This document shows, piece by piece, positions 1-12,345 of a stretch of 39,956 bases of DNA (position 1 is the stretch's first letter; each line of letters begins with the position of its first letter). Under the pieces are notes generated by a model that searched no databases, had not been told where the DNA came from, and saw nothing but the letters and a program-made list of their open reading frames with translations. Origin of the DNA: Nemertoderma westbladi (Eukaryota; Animalia; Xenacoelomorpha); contig JAUCBJ010000791.1 of NCBI GenBank assembly GCA_032718475.1, positions 1 to 39,956 of the forward strand, written 5' to 3'. The position numbers and the translations under genes are program-made.

Positions 1-104
1 CTTTTCAAGCTTTCCTTACTACTGCCTAATCTCACAAACTTTAAATATTTTAAACTCGCTTCATATTGTGTAGCGTGTTAAATATATTTATCGATTCTTT
101 ACAG

Positions 105-534
105 GGACTCAGTTAAATGGAGTCAGCGCCCTACGTCTGCAGCACACCTGTCAGCCAATGGTGACGTGAGAGAGGGTCTCCTAGGTAACGAGGTTCATGT
201 ACTTCCCGCCAAACAGGACGCAGCGCCCTCTAGCGGCAGTAAAGCGCCTTCGTTATTCCGCGTACTGGTCGCTACTCATTGGCCCTACTTCCTGATGACC
301 ACGGCACTCAAGGTACTCCCTGACTCATTGGTGTTCGCATCTCCGCTGCTTCTCAAACAACTCATTAGATTCGTAAACGACTCCGAACGCCCCGCCTGGC
401 ATGGTTTCGCTATCGCCTGCGCTATGTTCCTGGCGAACTTTCTCTATTCCAATATAATAGGCCAATATTTCTTACGGTCCTTTATATTGGGGCTGCGAAT
501 GCGTACTGGTATCATTTACGCGGTATATCAGAAG
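105..534 (+). CDS. ABCC1: MRP1/ABCC1-like transporter, exon 1 in window (L0 linker to TM6-TM7)
   Basis: Acceptor tttacag| at 104 and donor AAG|gtaaac at 535. Peptide KAPSLFRVL...KVLPDSLVFASPLLLKQLIRFV...GLRMRTGIIYAVYQK is typical of the MRP1-type TMD1 start. Confidence 0.9.
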
Positions 535-631
535 GTAAACAATCCGACATTAATAATTATTGTACGATAATATTCATAACACCCGAGCTGGTTAAGTATC
601 TCGATAAAAGAACAATTACATTCTACGTCTA

Positions 632-3600
632 CTCCCAGGGCATTCTAGACCCCGCTCTACACCTAGCCCCAAGGGGCGTCTAGACCCCGCTCTATACCTA
701 GCCCCCAGGGCCGCCTAGACCCCGCTCTATACCTAGCCCCAAGGGGCGTCTAGACCCCGCTCTATACCTAGCCCCAAGGGGCGTCTAGACCCCGCTCTAT
801 ACCTAGCCCCAAGGGGCGTCTAGTCACTCGCTCTATACCTAGCCCCAGGGGCGTCTAGACCCCGCTCTATACCTAGCCCCAGGGGGCGTCTAGTCCCCGC
901 TCTATACCTAGCCCCAGGGGGCGTCTAGACCCCGCTCTATACCTAGCCCCAAGTAGCGTCTAGACCCCGCTCTATACCTAGCCCCAAGTGGCGTCTAGAC
1001 CCCGCTCTATACCTAGCCCCCAGGGGCGTCTAGACCCCGCTCTATGCCTAGCCCCAACGGGCGTCTAGACCCCGCTCTATACCTAGCCCCAAGGGGCGTC
1101 TAGACCCCGCTCTATACCTAGCCCCCGGGGGCGTCTAGACCCCGCTCTATACCTAGCCCCCGGGGGCTTCTAGGCCCCGCTCTACACCTAGCCCCCAGGG
1201 GCGTCTATACCCTGCTCTATACCTAGCCCCCAGGGGCGTCTAGACCCCGCTCTATACCTAGCCCCACGGGGCGACTAGACCCCGCTCTATACCTAGCCCC
1301 CAGGGGCGTCTAGACCCCGCTCTATACCTAGCCCCCAGGGGCGTCTAGACCCCGCTCTATACCTAGCCCCAAGGGCCGTCTAGACCCCGCTCTATACCTA
1401 GCCCCCAGGGGCGTCTAGACCCCGCTCTATACCTAGCCTCCAGGGCCGTCTAGACCCCGCTCTATACCTAGCCCCAAGGGGCGTCTAGACCCCGCTCTAT
1501 ACCTAGCCCCCAGGGGCGTCTAGACCCCGCTCTATACCTAGCCTCCAGGGCCGTCTAGACCCCGCTCTATACCTAGCCCCAAGGGGCGACTAGACCCCGC
1601 TCTATACCTAGCCCCCAGGGGCGTCTAGACCCCGCTCTATACCTAGCCCCAAGGGCCGTCTAGACCCCGCTCTATACCTAGCCCCAAGGGGCGTCTAGAC
1701 CCCGCTCTATACCTAGCCCCAAGGGGCGACTAGACCCCGCTCTATACCTAGCCCCCAGGCGGCGTCTAGACCCCGCTCTATACCTAGCCCCCAGGGGAGT
1801 CTAGACCCCGCTCTATAGCCAAGCCTCCAGGGCCGTCTAGACCCCGCTCTATACCTAGCCCCAAGGGGCGACTAGACCCCGCTCTATACCTAGCCCCAAG
1901 GGGCGTCTAGACCCCGCTCTATACCTAGCCCCAAGGGGCGACTAGACCCCGCTCTATACCTAGCTTCCAGGGCCGTCTAGACCCCGCTCTATACCTGTCC
2001 TCCAGGGCCGTCTAGACCCCGCTCTATACCTAGCCCCCAGGGCCGTCTAGACCCCGCTCTATACCTAGCCCCCAAGGGCCGACTAGACCCCGCTCTATAC
2101 CTAGCCTCCAGGGCCGTCTAGACCCCGCTCTATACCTAGCCCCCAGGGGCGACTAGACCCCGCTCTATACCTAGCCCCAAGAGGCGACTAGACCACGCTC
2201 TATACCTAGCCTCCAGGGCCGTCTAGACCCCGCTCTATACCTAGCCCCCAGGGGCGACTAGACCCCGCTCTATACCTAGCCCCCAAGGGCCGTCTAGACC
2301 CCGCTCTATACCTAGCCCCCAGGGGCGACTAGACCCCGCTCTATACCTAGCCCCCAGGGGCGTCTAGACCCCGCTCTATACCTAGCCTCCAGGGGCGTCT
2401 AGACCCCGCTCTATACCTAGCCCCAAGGGGCGTCTAGACCCCGCTCTATACCTAGCCCCCAGGGGCGTCTAGACCCCGCTCTATACCTAGTCCCCGGGGG
2501 CGTCTAGACCCCGCTCTATACCTAGCCTCCAGGGCCGTCTAGACCCCGTTCTATACCTAGCCCCCAGGGGCGTCTAGACCCCGCTCTATACCTAGCCCCC
2601 AAGGGCCGTCTAGACCCCGCTCTATCCCTAGTCCCCGGGGGCGTCTAGACCCCGCTTTATACCTAGCCCCCAGGGGCGTCTAGACCCCGCTCTATACCTA
2701 GCCTCCAGGGCCGTCTAGACCCCGCTCTATACCTAGCCCGCAGGGCCGTCTAGACCCCGCTCTATACCTAGCCCCCAGGGGCGTCTAAACCCCGCTCTAT
2801 ACCTAGCCTCCAGGGCCGTCTACACCCCGCTCTATACCTAGCCCCCAAGGCCGTCTAGACCCCGCTCTATACCTAGCCCCAAGGGGCAACTAGACCCCGC
2901 TCTATACCTAGCCTCCAGGGCCGACTAGACCCCGCTCTATCCCTAGCCCCCAAGGGGCGTCTAGACCCCGCTCTATCCCTAGCCCCCAGGAGCGACTAGA
3001 CCCCGCTCTATACCTAGCCTCCAGGGCCGACTAGACCCCGCTCTATCCCTAGCCCCCAAGGTTCGTCTAGACCCCGCTCTATACCTAGCCCCCGGGGCCG
3101 TCTAGACCCCGCTCTATACCTAGCCCCAAGGGGCGTCTAGACCCCGCTCTATACCTAGCCCCAAGGGGCGACTAGACCCCGCTCTATACCTAGCCCCCAG
3201 GGCCTCTACACCCCGCTCTATACCTAGCCCCGAGGGGCGTCTAGACCCCGCTCTATACCTAACCCCAAGGGGCGACTAGACCCCGCTCTATACCTAGCCC
3301 CCAGGGCCTCTACACCCCGCTCTATACCTAGCCCCGAGGGGCGTCTAGACCCCGCTCTATACCTAGCCCCAAGGGGCGTCTAGACCCCGCTCTATACCTA
3401 GCCCCAAGGGGCGTCTAGACCCCGCTCTATACCTAGCCCCCAGGGCCGCCTAGACCCCGCTCTATACCTAGCCCCAAGGGGCGTCTAGACCCCGCTCTAT
3501 ACCTAGCCCCAAGGGGCGTCTAGACCCCGCTCTATACCTAGCCCCAAGGGGCGTCTAGACCCCGCTCTATACCTAGCCCCCAGGGCCGCCTAGACCCCGC

Positions 3601-5222
3601 TCTATACCTAGCCCCACGGGGCGACTAGACCCCGCTCTATACCTAGCCCCAGGGGGCGTCTAGACCCCGCTCTATACCTAGCCCCAAGGGGCGTCTAGAC
3701 CCCGCTCTATACCTAGCCCCAAGGGGCGTCTAGACCCCGCTCTATTCCTAGCCTCCAGGGCCGACTAGACCCCGCTCTATACCTAGCCCCCCGGGACCGC
3801 CTAGACCCCGCTCTATACCTAGCCCCCCGGGACCGCCTAGACCCCGCTCTATACCTAGCCCCAATGGGGCGACTAGACCCCGCTCTATACCTATAGCCCC
3901 CAGGGGGCGTCTAGACCCCGCTCTATACCTAGCCCCAAGGGGCGTCTAGACCCCGCTCTATACCTAGCCCCAAGGGGCGTCTAGACCCCGCTATATACCT
4001 AGCCCCCCGGGACCGCCTAGACCCCGCTCTATACCTAGCCCCCAGGGGGCGTCTAGACCCCGCTCTATACCTAGCCCCAAGGGGCGTCTAGACCCCGCTA
4101 TATACCTAGCCCCAAGGGCCGTCTACACCCCGCTCTATACCTGGCCCCCAGGGCCGTCTAGACCCCGCTCTATACCTAGCCCCAAGGGCCGTCTACACCC
4201 CGCTCTATACCTAGCCCCAAGGGGCGACTAGACCCCGCTCTATACCTAGCCCCCAGGGCCTCTACACCCCGCTCTATACCTAGCCCCGAGGGGCGTCTAG
4301 ACCCCGCTCTATACCTAGCCCCAAGGGGCGTCTAGACCCCGCTCTATACCTAGCCCCAAAGGGCGTCTAGACCCCGCTCTATACCTAGCCCCCAGGGCCG
4401 CCTAGACCCCGCTCTATACCTAGCCCCAAGGGGCGTCTAGACCCCGCTCTATACCTAGCCCCAAGGGGCGTCTAGACCCCGCTCTATACCTAGCCCCAAG
4501 GGGCGTCTAGACCCCGCTCTATACCTAGCCCCCAGGGCCGCCTAGACCCCGCTCTATACCTAGCCCCACGGGGCGACTAGACCCCGCTCTATACCTAGCC
4601 CCAGGGGGCGTCTAGACCCCGCTCTATACCTAGCCCCAAGGGGCGTCTAGACCCCGCTCTATACCTAGCCCCAAGGGGCGTCTAGACCCCGCTCTATTCC
4701 TAGCCTCCAGGGCCGACTAGACCCCGCTCTATACCTAGCCCCCCGGGACCGCCTAGACCCCGCTCTATACCTAGCCCCCCGGGACCGCCTAGACCCCGCT
4801 CTATACCTAGCCCCAATGGGGCGACTAGACCCCGCTCTATACCTAGCCCCCAGGGGGCGTCTAGACCCCGCTCTATACCTAGCCCCAAGGGGCGTCTAGA
4901 CCCCGCTATATACCTAGCCCCAAGGGCCGTCTACACCCCGCTCTATACCTAGCCCCCCGGGACCGCCTAGACCCCGCTCTATACCTAGCCCCCAGGGGGC
5001 GTCTAGACCCCGCTCTATACCTAGCCCCAAGGGGCGTCTAGACCCCGCTATATACCTAGCCCCAAGGGCCGTCTACACCCCGCTCTATACCTGGCCCCCA
5101 GGGCCGTCTAGACCCCGCTCTATACCTAGCCCCCAAGGGGCGTCTAGACCCCGCTCTATACCTAGCCCCCAGGGGCGTCTAGACCCCGCTCTATACCTAT
5201 AGCCCCCAGGGCCGCCTAGACC
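632..5222. repeat. 35-bp minisatellite, left block (~130 copies)
   Basis: Unit CTAGACCCCGCTCTATACCTAGCCCCAAGGGGCGT repeated head-to-tail. Confidence 0.97.
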
Positions 5223-7098
5223 TAGTGTTGAGAACTGTAACTGTAATTATACTGTAACTGCAACTGTAACTGAATGGTTTTGATGATTTTTTTGATACTG
5301 TAACTATAACTGTAACTGTAATTGCGAACTTTGAATACTGTAACTGTAACTGAAACTGTAATTACGTATTTTGAATACTGTAACTGAAACTGAAACTGAA
5401 ATTAACAAAATCCGATTCAGTTCTCAATCACACAATTAACATGAATGAGCATTTAAAACAGTATTGGAATAAAGTATAGAGTATAGTTTAATAAATGAAT
5501 AACAGTGGTTACCATAGGTATCATTTTTAAAACATTGTTATAAAAAAAACAATCTCGTTTTTTCCACTTCTGAACAAAACCATAATATTACACAATATAA
5601 AATCAAAGACCCATTGTCCACTTAGCTCAAATGTGATTTATTTGGAGAGTCAAGTAGTGAACGAAGATCTACAGTAGCATATAGTCTATGTTTATCTGTC
5701 TCAACTATTAGACTATTATCAGCCTTATCACCACTTTTGCTTCATATTAAATGTAAATGTTTTAGATAAACAAAGAAAAGTTAGGCCTAATGGTAGAGGG
5801 ATATTAACGGATATATATTTTACATTATTAATTATTAATGTTTTTACCGGTACTATTAATATCACAATCACACTAGAGGCACACTGGAAATTAAATTTTG
5901 ATCAAGTTTACCATTATAAATTACAAAATTAAACTTAAAAGTGAAAGGAGCAGCTTATCGAGGTGGGTCTAACCAAAACAATAAATCGTGACCAAAGAGC
6001 CAGAACAACACTCACCAAAAAATGTGGTTTCGAGAAAAATGCAAAAAACCTTCTCATTTCCCTCTATATGGATCCCGTCTCCTAATTTTTTCGACAGAGG
6101 TCTGGGAAGATACAATGATACATTTTATAATAGTGGCTAGCATTCAAAATAAATTTTGTTAATGAAAAAAACTGTTTTTTTCGTTATTTTCCAAAGAGAC
6201 AAAACAACACAATACTGAAATTTAACATTAACTCTAGTCTGTGTGTGTTGTTTTACCTCTAGGATTTTAACACAGAAACATAAGAACTCACGTCATTCCT
6301 CGACTATTGAATGGTGTTTTTCCTGGCAAAGTATGATAGGGAAAAGTGTGGTATGTGTTGTTTTACCTCTAACAGTTTTCAACTTCTATGTTGTGTGGGT
6401 TGTTCTGGTTTTCCATATCTCCTAAACGAACTGACATACAAGTCTAGGATTTTAACATAAGATGTAGAACGCCATCTTGAGTAATTTTGGTGAAAAAAAT
6501 TTTTTTTGAAAAATTGTGGTATGTGTTGTTCTGGCTCTATGGTCACGAAATATATGATTACTAAAACAAATTACGAATTAAGGAAAATGAGCAGGATTCA
6601 GAAGCATGGCTTTTATAACCAAAACAATAAATGATAACAGTACTGTACAAGCACTGAAACAAGATGTACAGTAAAATGTGGGTGCCTTTAGTGTGATCTT
6701 GTGACGTGCCACTTTCATTACATACTATCAGTATATTAGTTACAAAATATTACCATAGCGTGGGTCCAACTTTCCTTCAACAACTACCTATTAGCTCTAG
6801 AAAGAGGACGTTTCGTAATGAACATTATTATTAGCGTATATAACAGTAATATATTAAAGTGCCTCATTTTTAGTTTCAGATGACTGCTTACTACGTGAGA
6901 TCATATATATTGAATCTATAACTGAAACTGTAACTGAAACTGAAATGCTCAATTTTGTAATACTGAAACTGTAACTGTAACTGAAATGTTACACTTTGTA
7001 ATACTGAAACTGTAACTGAAACTGAAATGCAAAACTTTGAATACTGAAACTGTAACTGTAACTGAAATTAGTCAAAATTGATTCAGTTCTCAACACTA
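5223..7098. mobile_element. Non-autonomous DNA transposon, hAT-like
   Basis: 15-bp TIRs TAGTGTTGAGAACTG / CAGTTCTCAACACTA; (ACTGTA/ACTGAA)n subterminal repeats; imperfect 8-bp TSD cctagacc / c(g)ctagacc; AT-rich with no transposase ORF; interrupts the satellite. Confidence 0.8.
5987..6547. mobile_element. Nested MITE, Sola-like by TSD
   Basis: ~31-bp TIRs CGTGACCAAAGAGCCAGAACAACAC.. / ..GTGTTGTTCTGGCTCTATGGTCACG, flanked by a 4-bp AAAT duplication. Confidence 0.8.
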
Positions 7099-9472
7099 CG
7101 CTAGACCCCGCTCTATACCTAGCCCCAAGGGGCGTCTAGACCCCGCTCTATACCTAGCCCCAAGGGGCGACTAGACCCCGCTCTATACCTGGCCCCCAGG
7201 GCCGTCTACACCCCGCTCTATACCTGGCCCCCAGGGCCGTCTAGACCCCGCTCTATACCTAGCCCCAAGGGCCGTCTACACCCCGCTCTATACCTAGCCC
7301 CAAGGGGCGACTAGACCCCGCTCTATACCTAGCCCCAAGGGGCGACTACACCCCGCTCTATACCTGGCCCCCAGGGCCGTCTAGACCCCGCTCTATACCT
7401 AGCCCCAAGGGCCGTCTACACCCCGCTCTATACCTAGCCCCAAGGGGCGACTAGACCCCGCTCTATACCTAGCCCCCAGGGCCTCTACACCCCGCTCTAT
7501 ACCTAGCCCCGAGGGGCGTCTAGACCCCGCTCTATACCTAGCCCCAAGGGGCGTCTAGACCCCGCTCTATACCTAGCCCCAAGGGGCGTCTAGACCCCGC
7601 TCTATACCTAGCCCCCAGGGCCGCCTAGACCCCGCTCTATACCTAGCCCCAAGGGGCGTCTAGACCCCGCTCTATACCTAGCCCCAAGGGGCGTCTAGAC
7701 CCCGCTCTATACCTAGCCCCCAGGGCCGCCTAGACCCCGCTCTATACCTAGCCCCAAGGGGCGTCTAGACCCCGCTCTATACCTAGCCTCCAAGGGGCGT
7801 CTAGACCCCGCTCTATACCTAGCCCCCAGGGGCGTCTAGACCCCGCTCTATACCTAGCCCCCAGGGCCGCCTAGACCCCGCTCTATACCTAGCCCCAAGG
7901 GGCGTCTAGACCCCGCTCTATACCTAGCCCCAAGGGGCGACTAGACCCCGCTCTATACCTAGCCCCCAGGGCCGTCTAGACCCCGCTCTATACCTAGCCC
8001 CAAGGGCCGTCTAGATCCCGCTCTATACCTAGCCCCAAGGGGCGTCTAGACCTCGCTCTATACCTAGCCCCAAGGGGCGTCTAGACCCCGCTCTATACCT
8101 AGCCCCAAGGGGCGTCTAGACCCCGCTCTATACCTAGCCCCAGGGGGCGTCTAGACCCCGCTCTATACCTAGCCCCAAGGGGCGTCTAGACCCCGCTCTA
8201 TACCTAGCCCCAAGGGGCGTCTAGACCCCGCTCTATACCTAGCCCCCAGGGCCGCCTAGACCCCGCTCTATACCTAGCCCCAAGGGGCGTCTAGACCCCG
8301 CTCTATACCTAGCCCCAAGGGGCGTCTAGACCTCGCTCTATACCTAGCCCCAAGGGGCGTCTAGACCTCGCTCTATACCTAGCCCCCAGGGCTGCCTAGA
8401 CCCCGCTCTATACCTAGCCCCAAGGGGCGTCTAGACCCCGCTCTATACCTAGCCCCAAGGGGCGACTAGACCCCGCTCTATACCTAGCCCCAAGGGGCGT
8501 CTAGACCCCGCTCTATACCTAGCCCCAAGGGGCGTCTAGACCCCGCTCTATACCTAGCCCCCAGGGCCGTCTAGACCCCGCTCTATACCTAGCCCCAAGG
8601 GGCGTCTAGACCCCGCTCTATACCTAGCCCCAAGGGGCGTCTAGACCCCGCTCTATACCTAGCCCCAAGGGGCGTCTAGACCCCGCTCTATACCTAGCCC
8701 CAAGGGGCGTCTAGACCCCGCTCTATACCTAGCCCCCAGGGGCGTCTAGACCCCGCTCTATACCTAGCCCCCAGGGCCGCCTAGACCCCGCTCTATACCT
8801 AGCCCCAAGGGGCGTCTAGACCCCGCTCTATACCTAGCCCCAAGGGGCGACTAGACCCCGCTCTATACCTAGCCCCCAGGGCCGTCTAGACCCCGCTCTA
8901 TACCTAGCCCCAAGGGCCGTCTAGACCCCGCTCTATACCTAGCCCCAAGGGGCGTCTAGACCTCGCTCTATACCTAGCCCCAAGGGGCGTCTAGACCCCG
9001 CTCTATACCTAGCCCCAAGGGGCGTCTAGACCCCGCTCTATACCTAGCCCCAAGGGGCGACTAGACCCCGCTCTATACCTAGCCCCCAGGGCCGTCTAGA
9101 CCCCGCTCTATACCTAGCCCCAAGGGGCGTCTAGACCTCGCTCTATACCTAGCCCCAAGGGGCGTCTAGACCCCGCTCTATACCTAGCCCCAAGGGGCGT
9201 CTAGACCTCGCTCTATACCTAGCCCCAAGGGGCGTCTAGACCCCGCTCTATACCTAGCCCCAAGGGGCGTCTAGACTTCGCTCTATACCTAGCCCCAAGG
9301 GGCGTCTAGACCCCGCTCTATACCTAGCCCCAAGGGGCGTCTAGACCTCGCTCTATACCTAGCCCCAAGGGGCGTCTAGACCCCGCTCTATACCTAGCCC
9401 CAAGGGCCGTCTAGACCCCGCTCTATACCTAGCCCCAAGGGGCGTCTAGACCCCGCTCTATACCTAGCCCCC
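7099..9472. repeat. 35-bp minisatellite, right block (~68 copies)
   Basis: Same unit as 632-5222, resuming after the transposon. Confidence 0.97.
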
Positions 9473-9508
9473 CGGGACCCAGACGCCCCCAGGGGCGTCT
9501 GGGTCCCG
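9473..9508. repeat. Perfect 17-bp-stem palindrome ending the satellite
   Basis: CGGGACCCAGACGCCCC-CA-GGGGCGTCTGGGTCCCG. Confidence 0.95.
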
Positions 9509-9547
9509 ATCATTATCTCTCGATTTATTTTAACTTTACATTTCTAG

Positions 9548-9802
9548 GCGATGGTTCTGAGCAATAAAGGACGAGACGATTCTACGACTGGCGAGATAGT
9601 TAACCTAATGTCTGTCGACTCCCAACGATTTCTCGAAATCACTACCTTCATCAATATGATATGGAGTGCTCCAGTCCAAATAATAGTGACCGTGGCCTTA
9701 GTCTGGGTGGAGTTGGGACCAGCAATATTAGCCGGAGTTGCAGTACTCATTGTCCTTATTCCTATAAATGGGTTTATTAGTAATTACCAGAAGAAGGCTC
9801 AG
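9548..9802 (+). CDS. ABCC1: ABCC1-like exon 2 (TM8-TM9)
   Basis: ttctag| acceptor, CAG|gttggt donor, phase 0. Peptide AMVLSNKGRDDSTTGEIVNLMSVDSQRF...WSAPVQ...LGPAILAG. Confidence 0.93.
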
Positions 9803-9834
9803 GTTGGTAACGCCACTAGCGGTAAAGTTTAGCA

Positions 9835-10965
9835 TACACAGGGCCATCTGGTTCCGGAATCGCGGCAGTGAATACTTTATTAAGATCTTCCAACGTGATG
9901 TTCTCGTTGAGAAGGAGCAAGATGTGCTCGTACTTTAGACCTCTTCATTTGACCCTCTACAGTATAAAGTCTGGCCTTCATGGACCCAAATTATCCCTTA
10001 TCAATATCTGATGATGAGCTCATCAGCACTTTTTTGAAATTTCTGTTCATAATATCAGGTCTGTCGAATGGCTGTTGTTCAGGGAAAAGGTTTTCTTTTA
10101 CAGCGTCCCACTTCGGGTTCCCAGTAATAGTAATAAAGAGGTCGAACTTGCGGTACTTCGTGGCAATGTCAAGCGCGTCCATGTAATGTTTAATTAAACG
10201 AATTGGAGCCGACTCCTTCTTACTCCATTGGTCACACATTCCTGGCCCAATCTGCGTGATTTGTGGAGGTTGAAGTTATCTCGACTTGAAGGTGGAACCG
10301 AAAGAACTCTAGCACAGTAACATTCTTCCCGTTAGATTTAACGAAATCAGAGTCTAAGCTGACGCCTGGATCTCCATGTGGAAGGATTAGTGGGTAAGCT
10401 GTGGGATCGCACATTAGATGATTGGCATTAATCGCGACTGTATCTCTCTGAGTGGGGTGATGTGCTTTAGACCTGTAGAGAACAACATCCCTGGGCTGCG
10501 TCAGTTCTCCGGGAGCGACAGCAACCACCTTAACATTTTCTTTGTTCGCGCAAATCTTTTTTTGCCTTGAAAACCATTATTAGATTCTTATTAGGGTTTT
10601 CCTCAAATAAGGATTAACCTTGGAAATTTCTCTTCGGATAATTTCAAGAGTATCAAAGTTTATTTTATTTGGTTCCTTTGTTTGTTTAATCCTGTTGTGC
10701 ACTTCGTTTTTCTTATCAAATACAAAAATGTGTGAGCACTTAGCAGCTTCTTTAGTCTGTCCTTTATTAAGGCCGATGGTCGCTTGTTCGAAGTTCTCTC
10801 TTTCATTTTACGCCGATCCTTCACCATCACCTGAGCTTCCAGATGACGTCCCATTTCCGTTTCGTCGTTCGTAAGCTGGCACTTGGAACCACATGGGACA
10901 GGGTGACCTTTGACAGGCATACCGCATTTAGTACACCTTCGTAATTTTGAGCACACGGAATCCAT
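9835..10965 (-). mobile_element. Degenerate Helitron RepHel fragment
   Basis: Frameshifted pieces CDPTAYPLILPHG, DALDIATKYRKFDLFITITGNPKW...DRPD, RGLKYEHILLL (decayed HUH motif) and AAIPEP match Helitron Rep motifs. Assignment of 10530-10965 is weaker. Confidence 0.8.
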
Positions 10966-12289
10966 AATTATTTTTTTTCAATCAAATAACGAATCCATCT
11001 ATTTTAAGCAAATAATTTGTTAAGTATGTTACACTACATTTTAATCAAGCAATTAATTTGTTAAGTACGTTGCACTCAAGGTGTACTTGGTTGCACTACA
11101 GTACATATTAATAGTAAAAATGATAATGTTACGATTGATAATGTGTATTACAATCTATTCATTAATAGTTACAAAACAACACAATAAAATAAATTTAGGC
11201 TATTCGTTTTCTGATAATTAAAAAATATATATTTTAAGCGTAATAAAGTAACGCTACTGCACCAACACTGTACTTAACCTCATACTCGATTTAGTATTGT
11301 GTTATTGACCCTAAATGATTAAATGAAAAATAATAAGATTGCGACACGCACAGTCACTGGTCAGCCCAGTAGGGCCTCCCATGTTCAATAAACAACTGAT
11401 AATAAATAATAACAACATACAATGTAATTCCTCCTATGTTTATTCCCTCAGTTTAGTACAGTACAGGTGGTATATAGACAAACTAACAATATAAACAGCC
11501 AGCAGTATAGATAATGATAGTGTTTGACCTCCTTTTTTTTATCTTTAATGAGGCTCTCGGGTTTTCATGATAACTGGGAAAATAACTTAAAAACTGTGTA
11601 ATAACAATAGTTATTCCCCATTTATAAGCGGGTCAAATATCATTTATAATAGTGGGCTACCTAAAAAATATCACTTTTTGCCCACGGGAAAATATCAGTG
11701 ATATTCCCGCGTTGCTATGCAACTGCCTATTATCCTAGGCCTAGCTCTATTAGCAAATCAGATTGTCAGAACATACCTACCGGTACCACAACACATTTTT
11801 GTATCATTATGCATTATCTGAAATTGAAAGTACCAGAACGGTACGGTACGCTGCCTGTAGCCAGGCAGTGGGCTGACTAGACCAAGCTGCTTGGCATGGT
11901 AGGAGGCTTAATACTGGTGGTACCTGTGTGTGGTACTGTACGATTTGTTCATCACTTAATTGCTGTCCGACTGCCTCTAGGATAAAGCTGCGAAGCTGTG
12001 AAGATGTGGACTGGTTGCGATACAAGTCTGTACAGCAGGCTACAGTAGGTAGGCCCTACAGTACATATTTCGTGCTCTTTTCTATCTTTATGTATATTAT
12101 GTAAGTTGGACGCAGTCTTAAGGAAATGAATATTGATTTTATTTGAATAATGATAAAGCTGGCTTTAAATAAAACTGTTGTTTTGTAACTACAGTATGCT
12201 AATGATTACGGTAATGTAACACGGAATCAGTCTTTTTTATATATAGGCCTAACGGAGATTTATGCGAATCCGGAATGAAAATTTCCCTG

Positions 12290-12345
12290 GCCATCTTCCT
12301 AGACTCGAACCCACAAACATCTGGAGTCAGAGACCCGAGTTCAAG
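12290..12345 (-). mobile_element. tRNA-derived SINE-like remnant
   Basis: Pol III B-box GGGTTCGAGTCT on the - strand (12301-12312), preceded by an anticodon-arm-like segment; no full cloverleaf. Confidence 0.35.

Noticed and set aside
4700-4888. Gly-rich collagen-like ORF
   Set aside because: It is a run of 36-bp variants of the satellite.
5234-5400. Telomere-like hexamer repeat
   Set aside because: The ACTGTA/ACTGAA repeats lie inside TIRs and fit transposon subterminal repeats.
12290-12345. Functional tRNA gene
   Set aside because: It has a B-box only; no acceptor stem or D-arm could be folded.
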